From: Tubulanus polymorphus
Taxonomy: Eukaryota; Animalia; Nemertea
Assembly (NCBI RefSeq): GCF_964204645.1
Contig: NC_134029.1
Span: 21,942,950 to 22,006,949 of the forward strand
Direction: 5' to 3'
DNA: 64,000 nt
This document shows positions 52,040 to 63,278 of the stretch, one piece after another. Numbering within the stretch: position 1 is the first letter of the stretch; the number at the start of each line of letters is the position of its first letter. The position numbers were made by a program, and so were the translations under genes. Under the pieces are notes generated by a model. It ran no database searches. It worked only from the letters and a program-made list of their open reading frames with translations, and was not told where the DNA came from.

Positions 52040-52224
52040 CTATAAAGGATTTGGTTCATCGTTCAGCAGCATTTGTTCCAAGATGTTTTGCTCGTTTTCT
52101 AGTGTACACTGACACATTGGACATCCTAATTCGTCCTTCTTATATCCGGATAGACATTCGTATTCGCACGCTAATTCCTTACAAACCACTCCACGCGCTA
52201 GCTTCGATCCGTAACCAGTGATGA
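52040..52224 (-). CDS. Terminal exon encoding an antistasin-like domain (small protease-inhibitor-like protein); 5' exon uncertain
   Basis: Acceptor TTTTATTTCAG, then ITGYGSKLARGVVCKELACEYECLSGYKKDELGCPMCQCTLENEQNILEQMLLNDEPNPL*. The C-x4-C-x3-C-x2-GY-x2-D-x2-GC-x2-C-x-C spacing is the antistasin pattern. Confidence 0.75.
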
Positions 52225-53504
52225 CTGAAATAAAAGCGCGAAAGATAGATTCACATATTTGTTGTTATTTCAGATTCTTTCGTAATCTATGCACCAATCC
52301 TGCAAATGAATTTCATTCAATCGTGCATCAATTTCATTCAATCCGAATATCTCAATATCCATTACAGTCACCCGATTGATCTGAGAAAAATGCAGTGCTT
52401 CAAATCAAAAGAAATTATTCGATACAGTTTTGCTAAACAAAAGATTAGTTTTTCAGATGTTACGTATACGGGTGAATCATCAATTACCCATTGAATATAC
52501 AAATGGAATGGAAGCTCGATTTACAACCGTTTCCCAACGCGAGAGTGACAAAACTTCTAGTATAGCAGCACAAATCGGATTATAACTCGTCAGTCGTTTT
52601 CATGGTTATTGCATCTGGGACTGATGTTTGACAACTTACTGCGTTCAGTAGAATGAACATTAGGAATTCATATGATTAACATTGTCATTTGGTAAATGTA
52701 TATTCTCCCTTTGTCGGTGTTTTCTTGTGGCGATAGACCGCCAGATCGAATGGTGGGTGTAGAACAAATTGAACATGACCAATTTTCATTGAACGATCAG
52801 CGTGAAGTGGTAGGCAAAGAGTGCGCATTGTAATTGCCACCGATGACGAAGGGACAAATTTCGACATTCGAAAAATTTGTTTAGTTATCGAAACTATTTG
52901 CCTAACATTGCTATCGAAGTCTTGAGTCGTATGTTGGACGTACTTAACCATACGGCCGGTTACTCAGAGCGTGGCTGTTCACACGGAATGTCTGAACAAT
53001 CTTAATAAAGTTTGCGCTACATTCTGCGACAAATTCCTCTTTTGAAAGATTTCCCTTTACGAAAAGCAAAATAAACACGTTGTCTTCTGACTTTAACATT
53101 TCTATTTGATAGAATAATGTCTGTATAATATTTGAGAATTTCTTAATCATTATTTCCTTGAGTTTATTTTCGTCTCTGGAATTGTGGTAAGCGGAGTAAC
53201 TATAAAATACCACGATCGTTTCATTCTGCGCGTACACATTTACAACGAGGTCCGTGCCAAGAAACAACCGCGGAAATATAGCTAATTATCGCCGTGGTTA
53301 ATGAGAACCCGCTGTTTGTTCAAAACAAAACCCACGTGGTCGATAGCTAGGTAATTATTTTATGATGATGCGGGTTGAATTGTGGTGAACCGTTTGCGGG
53401 ATGGTGTGAGATAGGAAATCAGGTGTAGCCCTGTAGTTTAATTCTACGAAATCGTGCAACTCGTGAACATAGGTTTTCATGCACCTTAAAAAGAAGATAA
53501 TTAC

Positions 53505-53610
53505 CCAGGTTTTTAAAGCACTCAGGATCTGGAGAAGAACTGGCCGAATTGGTAAAATTACTGATAAACAAACTATCATTGGTAGCACAGACAGGACACA
53601 CAATATTTGC
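53505..53610 (-). pseudogene. Exon-like fragment resembling the N-terminus of a Ly6/three-finger-type protein
   Basis: AG/GT-bounded, reads ANIVCPVCATNDSLFISNFTNSASSSPDPECFKNL. Downstream broken frames contain GFCFEQT and LYFRGCF. No intact continuation found. Confidence 0.3.
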
Positions 53611-55508
53611 CTATATACTGCTCCTCTAGCAACGTCACTTACTTATTGGTGGCGGTCTGCATTTACATAAAGGGCAACCGCCTGGTCCCGGAACGAATCC
53701 GAATTGACACCATTTAGCGCAGATTATACACTCCCGATCTTCCTTCATGTATTCATCTTCAGTGTCTCGTGGTGTCACTGGACTCCCTTTTCAAAATCAA
53801 ACCAAAACGATTGGAAATTAAAAATGCAGGTCGAACATGGTGACAGAACATGTAATGAGAAATGAAAATCGTCAAAAGAACATAACGACTCAACACAACG
53901 CATCGCAGCATTAGTCGTGCAATATGTCACGCTAGCGCATGGCCCAATTTCAAAATAGATTGCTTAATGATATGACGAAACGCACCCGCATGTGGTATTA
54001 GAATGAGTGACGTAAAGTCTACAATATTAGATGACGAATTCTATTGCGATTGTGTCATTTTATTCATATTTGCCATGATATGAATTTATCTTTAATAAAA
54101 ATTAGATGCGTACATTCTTTTAAGAACAACCGAACAGATTGCCCAGATCTAGTTTCGATGTAAAAACACTTGAAATTGAAATTGAATTCTTTTTCGAAAT
54201 AGATTCCGTTAAGAAATGAAGGCGCGTCGAATTCCCTACACAATTGATACGTAATTCCATTCATTGAAATTTTTTTCGTTAAAAGTTTATATGCTATAGT
54301 TTTCTTATGGAAAGGTTGACTTGGAACATAATTCTCGTCGGATCCTACTCACCCGTGGTCAATGAAATTATTCCAATCGCCAGCAGAATAATCACAAACA
54401 ACTGCATTTTGAGGTAAGAACTCGTGTCTGTTGTCTTCGACGCGCGCATACGCTTTATAAACTTGTTCCGTAAAGTAGGACTTTTATTACCGCAGTTTAC
54501 TATGCGTTACCGCCGCGAACCGCGATCTGAATGGACTGAGATAGGTGTTAAATTGTCGAGCGTGCGGGTGTCATCTATCTGAGAAATTAATAATTTGACT
54601 ATTTATGGATACATCGAGTTTCGTTCAGACAATATCACATGAAGTGACAATGTTGAAAATGAAATGGAAATAATGCGGGCCTAAGAATGATTTTGACATC
54701 GTTGAAAAGGCAATGAGTCATTACGAAACTTGCATAGGCGGATGTGGTTGTGTAGGCTATGAATATGAATTTTATGACTCATTAGTGACCGACCATTATA
54801 TTCGTGAAAAAAACTTATTTGTCACTTGTCAGTTTTTCTTTAGAAATTTAGGCTGGTAATTTCGTAATCATATCGAATAGCTTAGTCCTGTTATGCACCT
54901 GAAAATATAATAGATGGCATGCGCATAGACTTATGTATTTGCAAAGCCCAAAAATATCGGAATGAAAAGGAAATTCTTTTTTGGGGGGGCTGACATGGAT
55001 TTCCTAGTCATATAAACGTTTTACATTGTATTGAGCGTCATTACATTAATTAATTAAACTTGTATTTACATATTTTCTATCTTTCTTTTTTAGATTTTTG
55101 AATTTTCAACCGACTGACAAATGTATACAGTTGAAATCGAATGTACATTTAGGAAAACGTTTTGAACGTGCGTCTGGTGAGATTCGATATACCCAAAACA
55201 AACATTCGTTGTCATCAGCAAATATCAATTTGAATCGAACATTTTTCATTGAGTTTTAGATTTCGTCAAAACAACACGCTGTGAAACGGTTGAACACAGT
55301 TCCACGGTTCAAAGGATTATGATTTTACTGCAGTAAAAATATAACATGGCTATTTCAATAAATAATCAAATATTCACTTTTGAAGACCGATTTATCAACT
55401 TAACTCGCCGCGTCAGCTGTTAGGACATTTTATCTTTGCGCAAAAAAGCTGTATTTGACTAAACAGTATTTACCTGTTCGTATATTTGCTAATATAATAT
55501 CCATGAAG

Positions 55509-55518
55509 GTATATAAAT
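55509..55518 (+). promoter_or_regulatory. TATA box of the secreted Cys-rich gene
   Basis: gtatataaat about 50 bp upstream of the ATG at 55562. Confidence 0.55.
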
Positions 55519-55561
55519 CTACAAATACGCATCACAAAATAGTTAGATTTATGTGGATCAA

Positions 55562-56947
55562 ATGATGATGCAGCTTTTGGTAACTCTCTTCATTATCGGT
55601 AAGATTCTCAGTGATGCGGATTCTCTTTTACTTTCGAAGATAATCGATTTTAAACTTCAAAAAATCTTCAATAAATAAATATGTTTTTTTGCAATGAAAA
55701 TATATCATCGTTAGGACTAGAAGGAATAGAATTACTTTACATGACCCGTATGTTCACTTTGGCAGGGCTGACCGGGAGTACGGTATATGCCGCCTGTTCG
55801 CCCGGTATGTACATCAATACCTGCGAACGTCTGAACCTGTATGATAAGTTTCCGGCTGAAGAATGCGACAGTTTCAACGTAAAAGGCAACCAGTATTGCT
55901 GCGAACACAGGGTTTGCCGAAAGGGTGAAACTGAAGAACGATGTATGAGGGCTTGCGTTAACAACTACCTTCTTTGTTCCCTAGAGAGAAAGGTATGCAT
56001 TATGTGTTCGTCTTTATTGTCAATGAATTATTTTGTTATGTGGATGGAGCCCATTTTGCATCCACTTCAAGTGGGAATCGGAATTTTGAAAATGAGTTTG
56101 AACTATTTTCTCAATAAATGGACGAGTGATTACTCAGTCGGCTGGACCCATAAGTTCCAGAGTTCCGAATTGAACCCATCAGGATAACTTTATTTCAGGT
56201 CCGACCTACCGCCGCTGTCGCGCAGCGTTGCACCGATTTCTTTAATTCTCGACGTTACTGCAACATGGGCTGTTTCTCGAAGAGGTGCTCCGATACCCTG
56301 GACGCGTACGAGGCGTTAGAAGATAAAAGCAGATACCCTCTAGATGTAACAAAGTTTGAAAATGAATGCACCTGTTTGTATGAATTAGAGTGCGACATTT
56401 CATGCTGGAATGGATTCGATGTAACTAATCTTAACATCGGTAAGTTATTTGTATAAAACGGAAACACAGATAGTAATTTGCAGGTTAACTAGATACCACC
56501 GCTACTAGTGCATCTTCATTAGGTGACTGAGTTTACCTGATGATGATGCTTCTCTACCTAGGCTGTAGCGAAAGTTCGCACTGAAGCCTTCAAAGTACTA
56601 TCTTTCTTGGCGTTTTACTGATCCGTCACTAGGTTAACGCGGCAGCTCTGCAACTTTTCGGCCGATTTCAATTCTTCACATCGATTATAGGATCAAAGCT
56701 AAGCATGGATCATTCCTTCGTCGATTGGAGATTTCTAAGAGCGGATTAGATTTTGAGTTTATTTTCAGGTTGGAATAAGATTTATCACCATCCACAAGAT
56801 CTGCCCGATGTGCAGAGATCATACCTAGCCGCGTACCACGATACTGTGAATTACTACGGGAATTGTGACGCCGAGTATTCAAATGATTGGCAAAATAAAC
56901 GCGCTAAAATCCTGAAAATAATCGATGACGTGAAAAATTTGAAATAA
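55562..56947 (+). CDS. Unrecognised secreted cysteine-rich protein, 227 aa, 18 Cys
   Basis: Exons 55562-55598, 55766-55992, 56199-56439, 56769-56947, phase-consistent (684 nt). Signal peptide MMMQLLVTLFIIGLTGSTVYA; AATAAA at ~56995. Confidence 0.85.
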
Positions 56948-57319
56948 AATCGTATATTTTTTGTTCAACTCACGGAATCAAGTGTTGTCTATGAAATAAA
57001 GGAATTTCCTCGCAATTTGAAGACAGCATAGTTTTTTACTTTATAAAATTTTAGGAAACTCTTCAATATCAAACTTCAAATGATTGTTGGTCGCGGTATT
57101 TGTTTTGTTTTTTCAAGGAACTCGACTCAAAAAACTCGGCTACCTAAACGACTGGCTTTGTGTCTGGCAATCAATAATGTGCTGCTTGATAAGAGCTTGG
57201 AGTTATTATTTTGGTAACGTAATTACTCCAGGCCCTCCAACCATTTAAATGGTACCTGGAGGTTAAAGACATCGCAATGCATTACCCCGATGGGACAAGT
57301 ATTTGCTATCTTACCATAA

Positions 57320-57471
57320 GGTGCTGCCGCTATGCTCATCGTTAGCGGATTTTTCATACACTAACAAGAACATAATCTGGCAATCAGTGAGATGCCTCGT
57401 AAACCGATTGCCAGAGTCGTTCCATATTAGTGTATTAAAATTCCGCTAACGATGAGCGTTGCGGCAGCACC
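57320..57471. mobile_element. Imperfect ~150-bp fold-back MITE
   Basis: ggtgctgccgc-atgctcatcgttagcgga...tccgctaacgatgagcgttgcggcagcacc, with self-complementarity through the whole element. Confidence 0.7.
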
Positions 57472-58520
57472 GTACGGTTTATCGGGGAAGCGCCAAAGCG
57501 GACTTTTGAAAATTACTTTCCACTGAGATATCAGTTCCACAACTGTCTGATCCACAAAATAAGTCCAAAATTGTCAATTCTGTTGATTTTGTAGGCTTTT
57601 GACTATCACACGTTCGTAATTTCTGATTTTCCCAGGATACGAACACGACAGGAGTTGTAGATATATTGGTATAGACAGTTGTGTTTTTGTGTTGAGATGA
57701 TTGACGAATTACACAATGAATGTTAATATCTTATATATACATAATGGTTGCTATTTACAATAAACAAAACATGATAGTTTAAAACTATGGATATTAATTG
57801 TCTGAGCGGAACTCTACATTCCATTCAGGCCTAGCAATTTTACTAATCTTTTTACTTTCATTGACAAAACATTGAAGATATACGTATGGTTATCGCACTT
57901 CTCAGTATGATTGAAAACATTCTTATCTTCGTTTTGTTCTATCTTTTACCCAATGGCACACAAACGACAGGGTTACTACCACTTCATTACATTAACCTGC
58001 CGCGTTTATCATCGAATGTGTATTCAATATTGACAAAGTACGAGCTCAATGTCGTAAGTTAAGGTAGGCCAAAATATCACGAAGAAAGCTAAACAGAATG
58101 AGAATATCCTTCACTAGCTACAAACTTCGGTCGTGGAGGTTTGTATATATCTGAAATTCTAATTTCAGTGCCTGAACATACGTCATGTTGTTCTTGAATA
58201 TATATAATAAGGCTGTGTATATGTCCGGTAATCACTTGAAACCTCTTCAATGTCATATATATTAGGACCGTCTTCATTTGTGTTTGGTTGAGATCGCTAA
58301 AATCTGAAATTAATTTCGGTCTCTTGGACACAGTATGTATCATGATTGTTGCTTGCAAACCATTTGATACGATATACACTACAAAATCACATATTTCAAT
58401 TTAGGGCCTTTTTATGGCAATGCGATGTTTTCATCGTATTCTATCACGCATAAAACACCAATGAAATATTCTGTGCGAGATGAATTCTGAATAATTCTGA
58501 ATTATTATGCAGCTTTTGAA

Positions 58521-59837
58521 ATGGAAGGCAACGGTGTAACTGTGAACGATTATGTAGCGGGAGCTTTTGGGGGTAAAGTATATATAAGACAAATCGATCT
58601 CACCGAATGCATGGACGGTTAGTGGAAAAAAATACGCTTTTACTTGTTTTTTTTCCAGGTTTGGCCGGGCTATTAGTCGGGCATCCTTTTGATACGACGA
58701 AGGTAAGACAATCCGGCTCAAGGGTACAGATACAAATACGAGTTAAATCGATCTTACCTATACCTCACTTAAGTCTGGTGTCTTAATAGCATTCCTGGAA
58801 AAATGATATATTGCATGAATTATTTTCAAAAAGGTAAACTACCAAGTCGATAAAAGCCACGGGAAGACTACAGTACATGTAATCAGAACAATCGGTCAGC
58901 ACGGATTGGTACGTATTTTTCATATGATTCTATCATTCCTATTTCTTATAAAAATGTTCATTACTATCATCTCTCGCGAATCCAGGCTCACGGTTTTTTT
59001 CGAGGCTTAGGATTGCCTCTGGTATCGTACGGCGTCGTGAACTCGGTATTTTTCGGCGTTTACAGCAATACACTGAACGCTCTAGAAGATGGACGAGCTC
59101 GGACAACACCCTGTTATAGAAATATCGTTTTAGCTGGTTTTACTGGTGGCATAGCGCAAGTATTCATCGCCTGTCCGACTGAAGTTATCAAAGTGAGACT
59201 GCAGTCCCAGGTTGGACGAGGTAAACGTTATCTTTAAAAAAAGTAGAATACGTCAAGACATTTCAAAATTGCTCACGATTCTATTTTTGGTGATGGGATA
59301 GCGTATTTCATGTCATGTTAGATAAGTATACGTATTTCATTTTAAGGGGGAGGTGTAGATCATCATATGAAATCGAAAAATTACGACAAAGGTCCAATAG
59401 ACTGTTTTAAAAATCTGTACCAGCAAGGTGGACTACGGAGAGTGTACAGGGGGTTCACTATCAACGCAATTAGGGATCTACCCGCCAGCGCCGCCTATTG
59501 GGTTGTTTACACGTGGTTTATGGAGCAGACGAGCACGAAATTCGACAAACACGGAATTATGTGTGAACTAGTCTCAGGAGGAATGGCCGGGGTTTTATCC
59601 TGGTATATGATCATGCCGTTTGACGTCATCAAAAGTCGAATGCAAGCTGATACGTTCGGAACGAAATACGCCAACACAATCGATTGCGTGAAACAGAGCT
59701 ACAAGTTAGATGGAATCAGAGTATTTATGAAAGGTTCGCTTGTAACTGCTCTGCGAGCATTTCCAGTCAATGCAGCTACGATGTTAGTTTACCAGAAATG
59801 TATGTTGTTTTTCAATGCTAATAAAATCAATGTATGA
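58521..59837 (+). CDS. Mitochondrial carrier, SLC25A45/47/48 (SLC25A29-related) subfamily
   Basis: Exons 58521-58572, 58659-58702, 58834-58908, 58986-59220, 59347-59837. Three carrier signatures: DYVAGAFGGLAGLLVGHPFDTTKV, CPTEVIKVRLQ, GGMAGVLSWYMIMPFDVIKSRMQAD; also RDLP and RAFPVNA. Confidence 0.92.
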
Positions 59838-60153
59838 TAGCTTTTAAGTTAGAAAAAAAAAGCGATTGATCAGTAATTTCTAAATATTTCTCTGAGCTTT
59901 GAGGATCTTATGTAAGGCACTTTAAAAAAGTGAATCATTATCAAAAATTATTGTCAGTACTTTCATAAAAAAATATACCGTATATGGCAAACCAACTTCT
60001 ATTGCTCCCCGTGGATAAAAGCAAGGAAAGTTTTTTAATCAGAGTTCCTTCTGTCGCCAACATTAATGAATTGCCATGAAATTGCAACATATGTCAGCAA
60101 ATTTACTTTTCAATATCAACAGGTACATTTTCACATGTTTCGTATTTACTCAA

Positions 60154-61533
60154 ATGAGTTGGTTATATACACAACGAAACATGTCTAACAAACCTTTGCG
60201 GCGTATGCTTAGTATTTGCGTAATTTTTTCCATAGTCATTTTCATATATGAAATACGTAAGCTATGGTCAAACCACGAGGGCGAAACGGATTTTGAAAAT
60301 ATGCCCGAATCGAAATGGCCTAAAGCCGGAGATACGATGCGCCAGAAAGTGAAGAAATTCGTCTCAAAAAATGGAACAGACTTCGAAAAAAATGAAAAAG
60401 TAGTGGACGCGAAAGAAAACGCGATGGCTGAACAGCATTTTCATCGATTTCTGAGGCAAGAATATGATAAAGTTCAGAATAGATATCATAAAGTGTTAAA
60501 ATCAGATATCGTTAAAGAGAAGGCGATCGCTGAAAATGTTCAATCTCAACAACAACAATCCGCTTCACATGCGGCTCTAGGACTGAACGAGCAAATGCAG
60601 TCGTATTTTAATCTGGTTGGTGCTCAAAATATCATCGGAAACCAATTCAAATTGAACGCAACCACGTCAACCAGCGCAATCGAAGATCAACATTTTGATG
60701 AGATGATGGATTTTCCCAAGAAGCACCCAACAATAGTAGAAGGTCCGTCGGAAGTGTGTCCTATCGGTCTGCAATTCATCATCGTCTGTTTCTCGATGTT
60801 TCGTAACGCAGAATCACGTGATGCGATACGGAATTCATACGGTCGATGGACGCTGAATAAACGATACAAATCTCGACTAGTTTTCATCACTGGATTGTTC
60901 TTCAACTCGCCGCACGAATACAAAAACAACGTTCTTTCGTCTGAATCTCGAGCTAACAAAGATATCATAATAACAAGATTGTCCACGTTGGATGAACTGA
61001 ACCGGTCTGTTCTTAATATTCCAGCCATGCAGTGGATCGATGAACACTGCTCGGGTGTGCAGTACGCAATTTTTGCAAATGATAACATAATGATTAACAT
61101 ACCGAAGTTGATAGACCAAATCAGTAATTTAGACCAGCGCCATCGTTACGAAGACTTTATTGGATGTTGTCGTTTGGCTAGAAATGCCGAATTTATCAGT
61201 TTGGTTGATTTTCCCAACGGCTGCTATTCCGGTGTGCAGAGATGCGTTGACGGAGCTTACCTTGTACCAGGTCGCGTTCTGCCGAAAATACTGAACGCTA
61301 CCGCGATCTCTACTGAATGTACAACAAGCGATCGATTTATTACCGGATTCTTAACGCGATATCTAGGCATTAAACTTCGCCATATCAACGGCTTTAGTTT
61401 TCAGGAACGAGGCCAATTTTCAGTCTGCAAATTCTACACTCAACTTTTGGCTCAAATTGTCTCCAAAGAAACGATGAGGAAATATTGGGATTTGTTGGAA
61501 AATTCAACCGCGATCGCCGAATTTTGCAAATAA
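60154..61533 (+). CDS. GT31 beta-1,3-galactosyltransferase-like type II membrane protein with a degenerate catalytic motif
   Basis: Single ORF (open from 60076; ATG 60154 gives the usual short cytosolic tail). TM LSICVIFSIVIFIY, stem, then IIVCFS...RDAIRNSYG, LVFITG, ESRANKDII, MQWIDEHC, FANDNIMINIPKLI, CVDGAYLV, DRFITGFL...LGIKLRH. Confidence 0.88.
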   Translation: MSWLYTQRNMSNKPLRRMLSICVIFSIVIFIYEIRKLWSNHEGETDFENMPESKWPKAGDTMRQKVKKFVSKNGTDFEKNEKVVDAKENAMAEQHFHRFLRQEYDKVQNRYHKVLKSDIVKEKAIAENVQSQQQQSASHAALGLNEQMQSYFNLVGAQNIIGNQFKLNATTSTSAIEDQHFDEMMDFPKKHPTIVEGPSEVCPIGLQFIIVCFSMFRNAESRDAIRNSYGRWTLNKRYKSRLVFITGLFFNSPHEYKNNVLSSESRANKDIIITRLSTLDELNRSVLNIPAMQWIDEHCSGVQYAIFANDNIMINIPKLIDQISNLDQRHRYEDFIGCCRLARNAEFISLVDFPNGCYSGVQRCVDGAYLVPGRVLPKILNATAISTECTTSDRFITGFLTRYLGIKLRHINGFSFQERGQFSVCKFYTQLLAQIVSKETMRKYWDLLENSTAIAEFCK

Positions 61534-61782
61534 CCGACTCCATTCATAATTTAGATATGGTAGATGAAGTGGGTTGTTTTTTATAAAAGAATATATAATG
61601 AGCTTGGTAATATATACTAAGATAAAAGTAAATGTTTATTTCTACTATTCATAAAATATATATACTTAAATTAATCTAAATTCAACAAGCATATCAAAAT
61701 GTGTATAATGGTATGACCTCATAATAAAATAGTTTGCTATCATTGTTTATACAAATTTTATACACTCATGATTTTTTAATTT

Positions 61783-63278
61783 TTATGTAGTTAGATAATT
61801 TTCGCCATCATCTTCAAGGAAATTAAAGTCGACCGAATTCGACGTTCTTCTCTCGGTGCCATCCCAAACTCGATCGGAAATCGTCGGTGCAGTCGCCGCT
61901 AAGAGCAGCGCGGTCATAAAATACGCAAATTGACGAGTATTGTCGTGGTCAGTGCTCATCGGTAAAACGCATGCTTCAATCAGTAGCAGCGAACTGACAA
62001 AAAATAACCAGAATACCAGTTCTTTCAACCACACCAATGTACCATCCTCCTTAATTCGATCCGTTTGAATGGCGATCTCGGTCTTCTTAACGGGCTCGAC
62101 CTTTGGTACGAGGGTATCGTCGTACAATGTATAAGCTGCCCTAATCCCGTCTACTATAGCCGTCAGATCATTCGTCACTTCTGTGGATGTATATTCATTC
62201 TGACGCTCAGCTACTGGGCAATGTAGATACTCGTCTAAAGTCGAACGGTCGGCGTTGGTCAAAGCTCCAAATTTTGAACATCCTCGGTCTCCGGTAACTA
62301 ACATGGTAGATGTGACGGCAGATATCGGTACAGAAATATTCCGCGTTTTGATGTAAACCCCGCATTCAAATTCGGACACCTTCTCAGGTCGATTTGTTTG
62401 AGTTTCATTATCAGTGAAATTGATGATGGGAGTTCCGCCGCAAAAACTTTTCACCTCTTTCACTTGAGTTTCAGTTTGCATCGCAAAATCCTCCTATCAA
62501 GATAAATGAAGATTTTATGAAAAGTCGCTCGCCAGTACAACAAAATAAAGATAACGTAGATTAGTATAAAAATGATCTAAACAAAGGTTTACCGTTTCTA
62601 TGGGTATCTTCTTGATTTTGTTAGTGCGTTTAGTATCTTTATGTTGTATCCAGCCGTCTATGGCACACGTGATAGCATGATTCGGCGGAGAAAACCGATA
62701 GAATTTACTGATGATACATTTCTGACGACAAGCGGGACAATGTATCTTCTGTTGCAGTGGATGCAGACCGACATTCTTAGGCCTACAGTGTTCAATAAGC
62801 TCTTGGATGCAACTGAAAGAAAATATGCCTTCAAAATGGGCCTATGCCTGACACACTTTTTTAGTAGAATATGTAATGTAATGATTGTTTTAAAGACCGT
62901 GAATATGACAAGGTGGATCGTTTATCAAATTAAGTCCATGACGTTCGCCTTCAAGCTATCATACATATAGCCTATCAATAAAAGATAATTTCATCGAATT
63001 GAGTTTTAACCAGTCTCGGCCTATAGCCGCCATAGACTGGGAATTTGTTTTACTTACTTGCGACAGAATGAGTGGCCACATGGCAAGACTTTGGGCAGGT
63101 TGAGATACTCTAAACAGATGGCACACCTCAGTGAAATCGTCCAATGATTTTCTTCATCAATCTCTTCGTCGTCTGAAAAACAACGTCCCGATGTCGAGGT
63201 TCCTGGTTGGTTCGGGGTGAATGCTGGTACATTTGCATTCAGTGCCGCGTTACTCTGAAATATCGGACAGTTCTGCAT
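61783..63278 (-). CDS. RING-HC (C3HC4) E3 ligase-like protein with two C-terminal TM helices, ~383 aa
   Basis: Exons 63058-63278, 62593-62812, 61783-62493, phase-consistent. RING: CAICLEYLNLPKVLPCGHSFCRNC...CPAC. TM segments LVFWLFFVSSLLLIEACVL and FAYFMTALLLAATA. Architecture recalls RNF182/183/186. An upstream in-frame exon is possible (AG at 63321). Confidence 0.85.
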
